Assembly: GCA_963716725.1 (NCBI GenBank)
Contig: CAVQUB010000011.1
Span: 384,001 to 448,000 of the forward strand
Direction of reading: 5' to 3'
Origin: an uncultured delta proteobacterium
GTDB lineage: Bacteria > Myxococcota_A > Polyangia > Polyangiales > Polyangiaceae
DNA length: 64,000 nucleotides
Shown piece after piece: positions 63,232 to 64,000 of the stretch. The first letter of the stretch is position 1. Each line of letters begins with the position of its first letter. The position numbers and the translations under genes are program-made. The notes below the pieces were generated by a model. The model saw nothing but the letters and a program-made list of their open reading frames with translations, had not been told where the DNA came from and ran no database searches.

Positions 63232-64000
63232 ATGCGAGCTTGGTTTTCACTCTTGGCGCTCGGACTCCTCTGCTCCTGTGGCAAGGAGGACGCAGCAGGG
63301 TCGAAGGAAGGCGACGCCGGGGGCATCGAGTGGTGCCCTGCCAGCGGCGTCAGCAAGGGTCCTTGGGTGATGCAGGTCGACGAGACCAACGCGCTGTTGC
63401 GTTGGGAGGCCTGCCGCGCGGGCACGTCGAGCGCGGTGTCGTGGGGCACCGAAGCTGCGGCGCTCGACCAGAAGGCGCAGGGCACGGAGACGGCCGTGCA
63501 GATCCCAGTCACATACTTGGCGGGACTCGCGACCCTGCAACCCCAAGATCTCGAAGGCACCTACTACATGCACGACGTCGCGCTCGGCGGGCTCGAGGCG
63601 GGCAAGTGCTATCGCTACGCGCTCGGTCAGGACGGTGCGCGACAAGGGCGCTTCTGCACCGCGCGGCCCAGCGGCGCCGGCTACTCGATCATGGCCATCG
63701 GCGACACCAACCCCGGGCTCGGTGAGCACACCGTCAAGCTGCTGGAGGTCGCCGGCAAAGCTGGCTACGACCTGACGCTGCACGCGGGGGACATCCAGTA
63801 CTACGCTTCGGGGCTCGAGTCGTGGCAACACTGGTTCGGCCTGATGGCGCCGATGTTCGCGAATGGCGCGTTCTTACCTGCGGCCGGCAATCACGAATAC
63901 GAACGGCCCGAAGAGTACGACCTGTACTACCAACGCTTCTGGGACAAGGCCGGTTTCGACGGCCAGGACGCCCACTTTCGCGCCCAGTCCGGCGGCGTCT
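63232..64000 (+). CDS. Purple acid phosphatase-like metallophosphoesterase lipoprotein (runs off the window; not on the ORF track)
   Basis: ATG 63232: MRAWFSLLALGLLCSC; HDVALGGLEAGKCYRY, IGDTN, HAGDIQY, AAGNHEY. Confidence 0.88.
   Translation, partial: MRAWFSLLALGLLCSCGKEDAAGSKEGDAGGIEWCPASGVSKGPWVMQVDETNALLRWEACRAGTSSAVSWGTEAAALDQKAQGTETAVQIPVTYLAGLATLQPQDLEGTYYMHDVALGGLEAGKCYRYALGQDGARQGRFCTARPSGAGYSIMAIGDTNPGLGEHTVKLLEVAGKAGYDLTLHAGDIQYYASGLESWQHWFGLMAPMFANGAFLPAAGNHEYERPEEYDLYYQRFWDKAGFDGQDAHFRAQSGGV

Overview
High-GC window whose gene content resembles Myxococcota (Polyangiales-like; inferred from Ser/Thr kinases with PEGA/TPR partners, Gly/Cys-rich lipoproteins, PilZ proteins and L,D-transpeptidases). 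Housekeeping genes include glnB-glnA, a 6-phosphofructokinase, ruvB, ftsH, an MscS channel, an OPT transporter and tRNA-Arg(CCT). Several genes carry clustered indels, probably assembly errors. Three regions stand out. (1) 35.9-37.9 kb: about 1.9 kb with no credible ORF, many minus-strand GNRA/UUCG hairpins, crossing long-range helices, an internally repeated module and a strong minus-strand terminator. This is a candidate giant structured non-coding RNA that I cannot assign to a known class. (2) 22.5-24.2 kb: a complete IS630 element whose transposase 3' end is interrupted by a 537-bp GxxExxY cassette bounded by 8-bp direct repeats and internal inverted repeats. (3) 54.9-62.2 kb: a decayed island after tRNA-Arg, made of gene fragments, IS remnants and an intact P450. 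All calls are by eye from sequence and motifs; no searches or folding were run.
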